Shown piece by piece: positions 1 to 8,339 of a DNA stretch of 64,000 nt; positions within the stretch are counted from its first letter, which is position 1, and each line of letters begins with the position of its first letter. The DNA comes from an uncultured Trueperaceae bacterium (GTDB lineage Bacteria; Deinococcota; Deinococci; Deinococcales; Trueperaceae). Below the pieces are notes generated by a model. That model was not told the DNA's origin, did not search any database, and worked only from the letters and a program-made list of their open reading frames with translations. Location of the stretch: positions 1 to 64,000 of the forward strand of contig CAWCXJ010000005.1 of the NCBI GenBank assembly GCA_963799485.1. Direction: 5' to 3'. A program made the position numbers and the translations under genes.

Positions 1-97
1 GCGTCGAACCTACCTGAATCGTGCCATGGACTGGCTTACTCACTTTTTGTCCCCGTAGTGAGGTTGCCGGGTCATAAGGTCATGTCGGCTAGCAACG

Positions 98-1153
98 TTA
101 CTGCGTTTTTACGGCGTTAGGGCGTGTCGCACCACACGATTCCCGGATGATGAGCTCGAGCTCGAGCTGAATCTCAACTTTACTAACCGGCTCACCGCGA
201 ATCAGGCTGATGAGCATTTCTCCGGCCAAGCGACCATGCTCCAAAGCCGGGGAACGCATGGTAGTCAGCGGCGGCGCAGCGTAGGCTGCTACCGGAATGT
301 CGTCATAGCCGACCACCGCCACATCTTCGGGGACGCGTAACCCGTGCTGACGGAGCGCCGCCATCGCGCCCAGGGCTACCGTATCGTTAGAGGCAAAAAG
401 GGCCGTAAAGTCTGCACGCGTTTCTAAAAGCGAGGTCATGGCGGCGAACCCGCTCGCGGCACTGTAGTTGCCGGCGCGTAAAAGCGCCGGGTCGTAAGGG
501 AGACCTGCCGTTTCCAGAGCCTGCTTATAACCCTTAAAGCGTTCGTCGGCCCCCTGGTACTCGAGGCCCCCGTAACTGATATGCGCGATGTGGGTATGTC
601 CCAGCTTGATGAGGTGTTCGGTCAGCCGTTTGGCGGGTACGGAGTTGTCGTCGGTCGAAACCGTGTATGCGTGCGGCAATTCGGACGCGCCCATGATAAC
701 GAGCGGCAGGTTCTCTTCAGCGAGCCTGGTGAGCCCCTTGTCTCCCTTTCTGGGGTTTAACACGACGAGTCCGTCAACCTGTTTAGCCCGCACCAGCTCG
801 AGGTAAGCGTCCGGTTGTGTGGGGTCTTCGACTGCCTCGACGATGACCTTAAACCCGTACTTGTGACTGACCTCGTTAAGGCCGTAGAGCGCCCCGGGAA
901 TAAACGCGTCAACTTGCAAGTGTTCAGCGTGACAGATAAGCAGACCCAGCGTGTGGGTGCGCCCACTTGCCAGGGTGCGCGCCGCCGCGTCCGGGGCGTA
1001 GCCGAGACTACGGGCCGCGTCTAGTACCCGCATCTGCGTCGCCGCGCTGATATTGCCCGCAGCGACGCCGTTCATCACCAGCGAGACGGTGCTGCGAGAA
1101 ACGCCCGCGAGTTCGGCAACTTCAAAACTCGTCGGGCGTTTCCCTTTTACCAT
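98..1153 (-). CDS. LacI-family transcriptional regulator of the alpha-galactoside operon
   Basis: N-terminal HTH (PTSFEVAELAGVSRSTVSLVMN), sugar-binding domain (DVAVVGYDD...PPLTT); last gene of the sugar operon. Confidence 0.92.
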   Translation of the reverse strand: MVKGKRPTSFEVAELAGVSRSTVSLVMNGVAAGNISAATQMRVLDAARSLGYAPDAAARTLASGRTHTLGLLICHAEHLQVDAFIPGALYGLNEVSHKYGFKVIVEAVEDPTQPDAYLELVRAKQVDGLVVLNPRKGDKGLTRLAEENLPLVIMGASELPHAYTVSTDDNSVPAKRLTEHLIKLGHTHIAHISYGGLEYQGADERFKGYKQALETAGLPYDPALLRAGNYSAASGFAAMTSLLETRADFTALFASNDTVALGAMAALRQHGLRVPEDVAVVGYDDIPVAAYAAPPLTTMRSPALEHGRLAGEMLISLIRGEPVSKVEIQLELELIIRESCGATRPNAVKTQ

Positions 1154-1222
1154 GTCTTTTTTACCATGTCTTTCTACGGCGTTTCCTTTGGGTGAGAATG
1201 CACGTCACTTCAAAAGTTTACG

Positions 1223-2638
1223 TCAGTGCGCCAGCTCCCGCTGTCGTGGACTACGAAACGCTTCGGGCACCATGTCGCCGTGCGCTTCTAACAGGTCATC
1301 GACGAGGTTGTGAATCTGCTCCAAGTCGAGTTCGGCGCTCGTATGCGGATCGAACATCGCCGCGTGATAGAGGTGGGTTTTATTGCCCGTCAAGATGGCT
1401 TCAACCGTCAGCGCCTGCACGTTGATGTTGGTTTGCATCAGCGCCGCAAGTTGCGGCGGCAACGTACCGATGTGCGTCGGTTGGACGCCGTTTTGGTCGA
1501 CGACGCACGGCACTTCGACGCAGCATTCGGGCAGGTTCTCAATCAGGCCGGTATTCATCACGTTGCCGTAAATGACGCGCGGCTCTCCGGTTTCGCAGCT
1601 GTGAATGATGAGCGAGCCGTATTCGGGCGAGCGTTTGATGGTGAGCATCTGCTCTATCATCCGCGCCTCGTCGCGGACGCTGCCGTCGGTCGGGGCGTCG
1701 TCCGTGTGTTCGCTGTGGACGTCTTGGACGCGGAACTCGGTGGTGGGATCCTCGAGCTTGTCCCTTAAGCGTTCCCACCCCTGAATCTGAAACTCGCAGC
1801 GGCGCAGATATTCGTCGATGGGGATATTGAACTCGTCGATGAGTTCCGGCCGGTTACCTTTGATAAACCACGGCGTATATTCGGAAAAATGCTCCGAAGA
1901 CTCGGTGACGAAGTAACCCAAACGCTTGAGCATCTCGTAACGCACCCGGTTGGTATCGGGGACGCGGCCTTCGTCCAGGACACGCTGAAGCTCCGGGTAT
2001 AAGTCCCGACCGTTACGCTCAAACTTCAGGTAAAAGGCCACGTGGTTGATACCCGCCACGCGGTAGTTGATTTCGCCAACCGGTACGCCGATATCTTTAG
2101 CCAACTCGCCCGCCGTGTGGGGCACGCTGTGGCAGAGGCCGACGGTTTTAACGGTGCTTGCCCGGTTTAACGCCCAGCAGTTCATCGCCATCGGGTTGAC
2201 GTAGTTGAGGTGAAGCGCGTCGGGGCAGAGCTGCTCCATGTCACGGCTCATCTCCAAGAGAACCGGTACCGTCCTGAGCGCCCGCATGATGCCGCCGATG
2301 CCGAGCGTATCGCCGATGGTTTGCTGCAAGCCGTACTTTTTCGGGATCTCGAAGTCGATAACCGTACTTGGTTTGTAACCGCCCACTTGAATCATATTGA
2401 GCGCGTAGTCTGCGCCGTCTAACGCGGCTTCACGGTCGGTCGTGGCGGTGATGGTGGGTTTGGCCCCTAAAGCATCTGCAACCTTGTGTGCCACGATTTC
2501 CGAGGTTTTAAGGCGTTCGGCGTTGACGTCGAACAGGGCGATTTCAGCACCCGCAAGTTCGGGAAAACTTAAAATATCGCCGAGCAGGTTTTTGGCAAAT
2601 ACGGTGCTGCCCGCGCCGATAAAGGTGATTTTGGTCAT
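1223..2638 (-). CDS. melA: GH4 NAD+/Mn2+-dependent alpha-galactosidase
   Basis: KITFIGAGS, NYVNPMA, GLCHS and TESSEHFSEY motifs; AAGGAG RBS upstream. Confidence 0.88.
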   Translation of the reverse strand: MTKITFIGAGSTVFAKNLLGDILSFPELAGAEIALFDVNAERLKTSEIVAHKVADALGAKPTITATTDREAALDGADYALNMIQVGGYKPSTVIDFEIPKKYGLQQTIGDTLGIGGIMRALRTVPVLLEMSRDMEQLCPDALHLNYVNPMAMNCWALNRASTVKTVGLCHSVPHTAGELAKDIGVPVGEINYRVAGINHVAFYLKFERNGRDLYPELQRVLDEGRVPDTNRVRYEMLKRLGYFVTESSEHFSEYTPWFIKGNRPELIDEFNIPIDEYLRRCEFQIQGWERLRDKLEDPTTEFRVQDVHSEHTDDAPTDGSVRDEARMIEQMLTIKRSPEYGSLIIHSCETGEPRVIYGNVMNTGLIENLPECCVEVPCVVDQNGVQPTHIGTLPPQLAALMQTNINVQALTVEAILTGNKTHLYHAAMFDPHTSAELDLEQIHNLVDDLLEAHGDMVPEAFRSPRQRELAH

Positions 2639-2680
2639 ACAGCTCCTTAAGCTACTCTACATAAAGTTGTCTCTAAATTG

Positions 2681-2712
2681 CGTCCCGCTCGGCAAAGGCG
2701 CGGAGCGGGACG
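2681..2712 (-). terminator. Intergenic stem-loop after the solute-binding protein gene (mRNA stabiliser or partial terminator)
   Basis: CGTCCCGCTC (2681-2690) pairs perfectly with GAGCGGGACG (2703-2712). Confidence 0.55.
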
Positions 2713-2725
2713 GCGCTAAAGAAGT

Positions 2726-4045
2726 TTACTGGAAAAGCGCGTTGACCTGTTCGTTGGCCTGTGTGAGGGTCGACTCGACGTCGGCGTTGTTGGTAAAAAT
2801 GTTCTCGAGGGCGTTGGTCATGATTGCGGTAATCTGTGCGCCGTAGTCGGTAATCGGGAAGAGGAAGGTGCCGTTTTCAGCGGTGGCCTCTTCGGTAAAC
2901 GGTGTTACGTCGATGCCCCGCGAGCTGTACGTTTCAATTGCTGCGTCGACACCCGACTGAATGGCGGGGAACACGACGCCCGCTGCGCCGACGATGTTCT
3001 GGCACTCCGCCGAACCCAAGAACTTGACCCATTCCCAAGCAGCGTCTTGATTCTGGCTACCGACCCAGATGGAATCGGCGAGGCCGTTAAACATGGTTTT
3101 ACGACCTTCGGGGCCGACCGGCAGTTTGGCGATGCCGACCTCGAAGGGCGAGTTCCCGGTGTATTGCCCGATCTGCCACGACCCGTCGGTGACCAGTGCG
3201 CCCTGTCCGGCTGAAAAGAGTGCGTTCGCCCCGACACCCGCAACGTCCGAGGTGAGCGGTGAGAGGCGTTTGTTGTTGACGACATCTTGAAGCCAGCTGA
3301 TGGTCTCAATTAACGCGGGGTCGTTGTAGTTGTACTGGTCGCCCCAGATACCGTTGGTGGGTACCCAGCCGTTCGACGCGGCAAAGTGGCTCCACTCGGT
3401 CTGCCCGGCGGGGGCACCTGCTCCCGGCATAATAAAGCCGTACTGCACCACTCTATCCGGGTTAAAGTCGGGCGAAAGCGCGTTATTGCCGTTGTTGTCC
3501 AGGGTCAGCTTCGAGACGACCTCCTGGAAGGTGCCGCCGTCCTGCGGATTCCACGTCCAGTCTTCCATCACAGCCGGGTCGATACCGGCGGCCTCGAACA
3601 TCGCTTTGTTATAGAACACCGCAACCGTGTCCCAGTCTTTGGGCAGACCGTAACGCCCCTCGTCTTTGGCCCAGAGCGAGGCCAGCTCACCGATGTACTG
3701 ACCTGTATCAACGCCGTCGCGCTCGACGAGCGGCTGAATATCGACGAGCTGACCGTTGGTCACGAATTCGGGGTACTTGGCAAGGTGATCGGTAAACACG
3801 TCGGGCGCAGTGCCGGAGACGAAACCGGTAGTGATGGTCGTCCAGTAGTCGTCCCAGCCGATCTGCTCGATGTTGACGCTTATGTCGGGGTTTTGCTCCT
3901 GAAAGGCCACCGCGCACTGCTGGTAAGCCGGAAGCTGGTTGGCGTCCCAGAGCATGTACTTGATCTGGGTTTGGGCGAAGGCGGCGCTGGTGGTCAGAAG
4001 CGCACCGGTTACGGTACCGAGGACGGCGAGGCGGGATAATTTCAC
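2726..4045 (-). CDS. Carbohydrate ABC transporter solute-binding protein
   Basis: Signal peptide, SBP family 1 features (GTAPDVF, YGLPKDWD, VFYNKAMF). Confidence 0.9.
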   Translation of the reverse strand: MKLSRLAVLGTVTGALLTTSAAFAQTQIKYMLWDANQLPAYQQCAVAFQEQNPDISVNIEQIGWDDYWTTITTGFVSGTAPDVFTDHLAKYPEFVTNGQLVDIQPLVERDGVDTGQYIGELASLWAKDEGRYGLPKDWDTVAVFYNKAMFEAAGIDPAVMEDWTWNPQDGGTFQEVVSKLTLDNNGNNALSPDFNPDRVVQYGFIMPGAGAPAGQTEWSHFAASNGWVPTNGIWGDQYNYNDPALIETISWLQDVVNNKRLSPLTSDVAGVGANALFSAGQGALVTDGSWQIGQYTGNSPFEVGIAKLPVGPEGRKTMFNGLADSIWVGSQNQDAAWEWVKFLGSAECQNIVGAAGVVFPAIQSGVDAAIETYSSRGIDVTPFTEEATAENGTFLFPITDYGAQITAIMTNALENIFTNNADVESTLTQANEQVNALFQ

Positions 4046-4129
4046 GAAGAACTCCTTAAGGTCGAGGCTCGAGGTACAAACTAAAGGCTAGATGGTTGAG
4101 CAAACGGTGTGTGCGGCGGTCATCACCTC

Positions 4130-5056
4130 CTATTTGAGCCCACTAAAGGCGAGCGAATCGACGATGCGGCGGCCTAGAAAGATCATCAGCAAAAAAATCG
4201 GAATGATGCTAAGAAGCGTCGCCGCCGTCAGCCCGGTCCAGTCGGGGACGCCCTGCGGCGTCTGACTGCGAAAAATCCCCAGCGCAACGGTCAAGACCCG
4301 AATGTTCTCGTCACGCCCGACCAAGAAAGGCCAGAAGTAGTCGTTCCACATGTTGATGCTGGTGAGAATGGCGAGCGTTGCCAAAGGCGTCTGGCTAATG
4401 GGCAAAACGATACGCCAGAAGATACCGAAAGGACTCGCACCGTCCAGGCGGGCGGCTTCCTCGAGCTCTACTGGCAGCGACAAAAAGAACTGCCGTAAAA
4501 AGAACACCGCAAACGGCGTCATGAGTAAGTACGGCGCGACCATCCCCTGCATCGTGTTAAGCCAACCGAGTTGCCGAACCAGCACGAAGTTAGGAATAAA
4601 GAGCACGATGCCCGGAACCATCAGCGCCGACAGGTAGAGAAAGAAAATCACGTTGCGGCCCGGAAACTTAAGCCGCGCAAACGCGTAGGCGGACATTGCC
4701 GAGAAGAAAATCTGAAAGACGACAATCAGCCCGGTAAAGACGACCGAGTTGCGTAAAAAGAGCGGGAAGTTGAGCGTCTGCCCTGAACCGCCCGAAGCGA
4801 CCATCTCGTCTAAACTGACCAGGCCCAGCGCGCGGCGAAAATTGAACAAGGTGGGGTCGGCGGGTAGCAGCGAACCGGCGGTGCTAAAGAGCGCGCGTTG
4901 GCTCGAGAGCGACGTTTTAATCACGATCCAGATGGGCAGCAGGGTAATCACGATAAGCAGGATGAGCACAACCCAAGCGACGAGCTTGCCCCAGCTGAAC
5001 CCCGGCTTTTTGCGTTCCGGTTGCGTAGATGCCGTTGTTTGAGGTTGGGCTACCAT
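4130..5056 (-). CDS. Carbohydrate ABC transporter permease (MalG-like)
   Basis: EAA motif LEEAARLDGAS; transmembrane helices. Confidence 0.92.
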   Translation of the reverse strand: MVAQPQTTASTQPERKKPGFSWGKLVAWVVLILLIVITLLPIWIVIKTSLSSQRALFSTAGSLLPADPTLFNFRRALGLVSLDEMVASGGSGQTLNFPLFLRNSVVFTGLIVVFQIFFSAMSAYAFARLKFPGRNVIFFLYLSALMVPGIVLFIPNFVLVRQLGWLNTMQGMVAPYLLMTPFAVFFLRQFFLSLPVELEEAARLDGASPFGIFWRIVLPISQTPLATLAILTSINMWNDYFWPFLVGRDENIRVLTVALGIFRSQTPQGVPDWTGLTAATLLSIIPIFLLMIFLGRRIVDSLAFSGLK

Positions 5057-5066
5057 GACGCCTCCT

Positions 5067-5996
5067 TTAGGCGAGGTCGGACTGATCCGAGCGGAAGAAC
5101 CTGAGTTGCAAGAGCGTAATCACAATCAGGATGGCAAAGAGCGTCATCGACAAGGCGGTCGCGTAACCCATACGGGAGAACTGAAAGGCGTTTTCGTAGA
5201 TGTACCAGACCAAAACCTTGGTGCTGTTGACCGGCCCGCCGCCCGTCGTGACCGCCACGGTATCGAAAATCTGAAACGACCCGATCAGTGACGTAACCAG
5301 CACGAAAACCGTGACCGGGCGCAGGAGCGGCAAGGTGATGCCCCAAAACATCCGGTTCTCCGATGCGCCGTCTATTCGCGCCGCCTCGTACAAGGAGCCC
5401 GGAATCCCCTGCATCCCGGCGTAAAAGAGGAGCGCCGTAAAACCCATGTGCCGCCAGATATTGACAAACGCGATGGTCCAGATGGCCTGATCGGGCGAGC
5501 CGAAAAAAGGTTGGCGACTAAAACCCAAGCTCTGAATCACGGTGTTGACGTAACCCAGAAGCGGGTCGAGCATCCAGAGCCAGATCAGCGCGACGATGAC
5601 GTTTGAAAGCAGATAGGGCAAAATCATCACGCCGCGTACCAGCATCGAGGTGGTCAGGCGACTCATCAGCACGGCGAGCAGCAGCCCCAAGGCGGTTTGC
5701 AGCGGGATATTGGCGAGAACGTAGATACCCGTAATCTTGAGCGCGTTCCAAAAGAGCGGATCACTGATCATCTCCCGGTAGTTTGCCAGCCCGACCGGAT
5801 TCGGGTCGCGCAGGAGGTTCCAGTCGGTAAAACTGATCAGCAGGCCGCGAACGGCGGGGAGTGCGTAAAAAAAGAAAAAGCCAATAAAACTCGGCAGGAT
5901 AAAAAGCCACGCGGTGAGAGTTTCGCCGGTAAAGAGGCGTTGCCACCGGCTCCTTTTCGGGCGCTCTTGGGCTGGATACGTCGATACCGTGGCCAT
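5067..5996 (-). CDS. Carbohydrate ABC transporter permease (MalF-like)
   Basis: LYEAARIDGAS motif; start moved to the ATG at 5996 after a GGAGG RBS. Confidence 0.92.
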   Translation of the reverse strand: MATVSTYPAQERPKRSRWQRLFTGETLTAWLFILPSFIGFFFFYALPAVRGLLISFTDWNLLRDPNPVGLANYREMISDPLFWNALKITGIYVLANIPLQTALGLLLAVLMSRLTTSMLVRGVMILPYLLSNVIVALIWLWMLDPLLGYVNTVIQSLGFSRQPFFGSPDQAIWTIAFVNIWRHMGFTALLFYAGMQGIPGSLYEAARIDGASENRMFWGITLPLLRPVTVFVLVTSLIGSFQIFDTVAVTTGGGPVNSTKVLVWYIYENAFQFSRMGYATALSMTLFAILIVITLLQLRFFRSDQSDLA

Positions 5997-6071
5997 GTCC
6001 ACCTCCGCTAAGGGCACCCGCCAAACTTGAAGGCACCGGGAACCCCGGCGAATTCACGGTTCGCCCGTTGA

Positions 6072-6085
6072 CTAACACGTGTTAG
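6072..6085. promoter_or_regulatory. LacI-type operator palindrome
   Basis: Perfect 14-bp palindrome CTAACACGTGTTAG with central CG, just downstream of the predicted start site of the sugar operon promoter. Confidence 0.75.
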
Positions 6086-6094
6086 CTTTGCCCT

Positions 6095-6123
6095 AGAATA
6101 GGAGCCCGGCGCGCTTTTGTCAA
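6095..6123 (-). promoter_or_regulatory. Sigma70 promoter of the sugar operon
   Basis: Minus strand reads TTGACA-17 nt-TATTCT. Confidence 0.8.
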
Positions 6124-6369
6124 GCCGTAGCCGGTGACTTGTATTGGTGAGCTGTGACGCAAGGCTTTGTCGTCTGAGCTGTGCGCTGCTGAACCGGACG
6201 CTCTGCTTTGTCCGAGGCCGATATTGTGACCTTGACCAAGGGCTACTTAAGACTTTGAGCAGATTTCGGGCACTGCCTTGACCGACAATAAAACCGGTAG
6301 AAGGTTTGTAGCCGCTGCCGAGTCTCGAGTCCAAACAAGAAGTGGGTAAACGAGGCGCTACCCTAGTCG

Positions 6370-7167
6370 CTACCAGATATTCCCCCCACGCCAGAACACC
6401 ACCCCGCGTAAACTCAGCTGCGGGTCGTCTTTGGGACGTACCACCGGCGGACGTGCCGCGTTCGCCGGGTAGAGCACGATAAAGTCGCTTTCCGGCTCCT
6501 GCTCCTTAAAGAGTTTGACGATGAGCTTGTCTTCCTGGTGGTCGAAGCAGACCACGATGTCGTTATGTTGCGGCAACAGGCTCGAGGTGTCGTACGCTAC
6601 CTGATCGCCGTGCGCGATGCTTTTGGGGAGCCCGCGTACGCCCTTGCTGATCATGCAGTCGCCGTTAATGAGCGCCACCCGCACGTTTTCTTTGACGCGA
6701 CCCTTGAGGTGCGTTTTGGGGATGGCGACGACCTCGAGGTCACCCGGGTCAAGCTCGCCCGGTTCGGCAGACCCGGCGGCGGCTCCATCAAAAACCGGAA
6801 AGTATTCGTATTCGGGGTGGACGCTAAAACGCAGTAGCGGGTCGGGCAAGACGGCGCTCTGCAGGTGTTTGTGGGGAATCTCGAGGCCGTAGTCGCCCGC
6901 GAGCGTGCGCGCCTCGTCGTCGCCGAGTCGGTACGCTTTGAGGAGCGCCCAGACCCGGCCCGAGTTCCAGCGGCGGATGGTCTTCTCGAGTTTGCCGCTT
7001 TCGAAGTTGCTGATGTACGCCTGCGAAAACCCGAGTGCGTCGGCGACCGCCTGACCGCTAAACTCTTCCGGCGTGCCCCTGAGCGCTTCGCGGCGACTAC
7101 CGAGCAAGCGGCCCAGCTTGGCTTGACCTGATCTGGTTTGGTCTGGCCCTGACTTGAACTGCGCCAT
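6370..7167 (-). CDS. XRE-HTH plus S24 peptidase (CI/LexA-like) repressor
   Basis: HTH (SGQAVADALGFSQAYISNFESG), Ala-Gly cleavage site (AAAG), GDCM at the GDSM position, catalytic Lys in LIVKLF, C-terminal LRGVV. Confidence 0.82.
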   Translation of the reverse strand: MAQFKSGPDQTRSGQAKLGRLLGSRREALRGTPEEFSGQAVADALGFSQAYISNFESGKLEKTIRRWNSGRVWALLKAYRLGDDEARTLAGDYGLEIPHKHLQSAVLPDPLLRFSVHPEYEYFPVFDGAAAGSAEPGELDPGDLEVVAIPKTHLKGRVKENVRVALINGDCMISKGVRGLPKSIAHGDQVAYDTSSLLPQHNDIVVCFDHQEDKLIVKLFKEQEPESDFIVLYPANAARPPVVRPKDDPQLSLRGVVFWRGGNIW

Positions 7168-7233
7168 CTCGCCTCACGTCCTAACACCTTTACTCTATCA
7201 CATCCCTTATAAAAATATCGAAAGCCGACAGAA

Positions 7234-7262
7234 TTGACATAACTTTAATTATATTCTAGACT
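7234..7262 (+). promoter_or_regulatory. Sigma70 promoter divergent from the repressor
   Basis: TTGACA-17 nt-TAGACT in an AT-rich spacer. Confidence 0.75.
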
Positions 7263-7326
7263 AAAGACGGTTCGGTAGAAGTTCAGGTCGAGGTATTGCC
7301 CGACAAGTGACAGACAGGATCAGAAA

Positions 7327-7342
7327 TATAACTTTTGTTATA
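7327..7342. promoter_or_regulatory. Putative repressor operator
   Basis: TATAAC-TTTT-GTTATA perfect inverted repeat; degenerate copy CATAAC-TTTA-ATTATA at 7238-7253 overlaps the promoter. Confidence 0.6.
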
Positions 7343-7355
7343 GACGGAGAAGGCG

Positions 7356-7574
7356 ATGAACGAAATTGTAGTAGCAGCGCTGATTACCGGCGTGCTGGGG
7401 TTTTTAGGCGTTCTCCTTACGCTGCTCGCGCGCCGCACTGAAGCTGACGAATTGGCGCGCTTACGCGCCGAGCTTAGCGGGGCGCGGGCCGAGGCGGAGC
7501 GGTACAAGGCGGCGTATTTGGGACTGCTCGAGCTTACCCAGGGGCTTCTGGAAGAGGTCGGCCGACGGCCCTGA
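7356..7574 (+). CDS. Small membrane protein (single TM helix plus coiled coil)
   Basis: GGAGAAGG RBS, hydrophobic N-terminus followed by a heptad-like helix. Confidence 0.65.
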   Translation: MNEIVVAALITGVLGFLGVLLTLLARRTEADELARLRAELSGARAEAERYKAAYLGLLELTQGLLEEVGRRP

Positions 7575-7783
7575 TTCCTGCGTAAGCTACCCGGACGGCG
7601 GCGTGGACACTTTTGCAAGAAGGCGCAGCGGACGTACCGTAAAAGCCGGACAAAAGTCTTATGTAGAGACGCTTATGGAGAGTCTTTTATGTAGGGATGC
7701 GCGGGGTTTGACCGCCGTGTTCGTGTCAAGCTTGTGAGCGTGTGCTCGAGCGGTTTTGCCGCCCCGTATAAGGAGGCTGGATA

Positions 7784-8212
7784 ATGCGTTTACCCGTTGT
7801 GTGGGTTAAATCGTGGTTTTTGGTGGCTTTGCTGACTTTCGCTTTTGCTGCCCCACCGGGACAAGGTACGCTCGGCGCGCGTCTGGCGTTAGAGCAGACA
7901 CCGGGACTCGCAATTACCTTGCAAGAGAGCGGCGCATCAACGGCCCGCTACCGCGTCGCTACCCCCCAAAACGTTCCACTGGTCTCGGCGGCTATTAAAG
8001 CTTACCTGGTTGATTCGGGCTGGCTTTCGCACCCGAATGTGAGCGAAACTCCTGCGCCCAAACCGGGCGTGGTGCAGCGACTTACGAGTTTTGTACAGGG
8101 CCGTGATTTGTTAGAGCTACGTGCTTCGCGGGCGGCGCAGCAAGACGCGGTAACGCTCGAGCTGACGCTTATATCACTCGCGGCACCGCCACAGGTTGCC
8201 GCCGCACCCTAG
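7784..8212 (+). CDS. Hypothetical exported protein
   Basis: AAGGAGG RBS, signal peptide ending AFA. Confidence 0.7.
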   Translation: MRLPVVWVKSWFLVALLTFAFAAPPGQGTLGARLALEQTPGLAITLQESGASTARYRVATPQNVPLVSAAIKAYLVDSGWLSHPNVSETPAPKPGVVQRLTSFVQGRDLLELRASRAAQQDAVTLELTLISLAAPPQVAAAP

Positions 8213-8339
8213 TTATGTTCAGGCTTTGTTTGCCGCAAGTACAACTGGCTGCAGATACAACTGGCTACAAATACAACTGTAAGTGTAGCCGTAACCCAAC
8301 ACGACTACCGGGTCGGAACGACCTGAGAAAGGTAGCAAG

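Noticed and set aside
6370..8212. Intact prophage
   Set aside because: Only a repressor and two small ORFs; no integrase, terminase or structural genes
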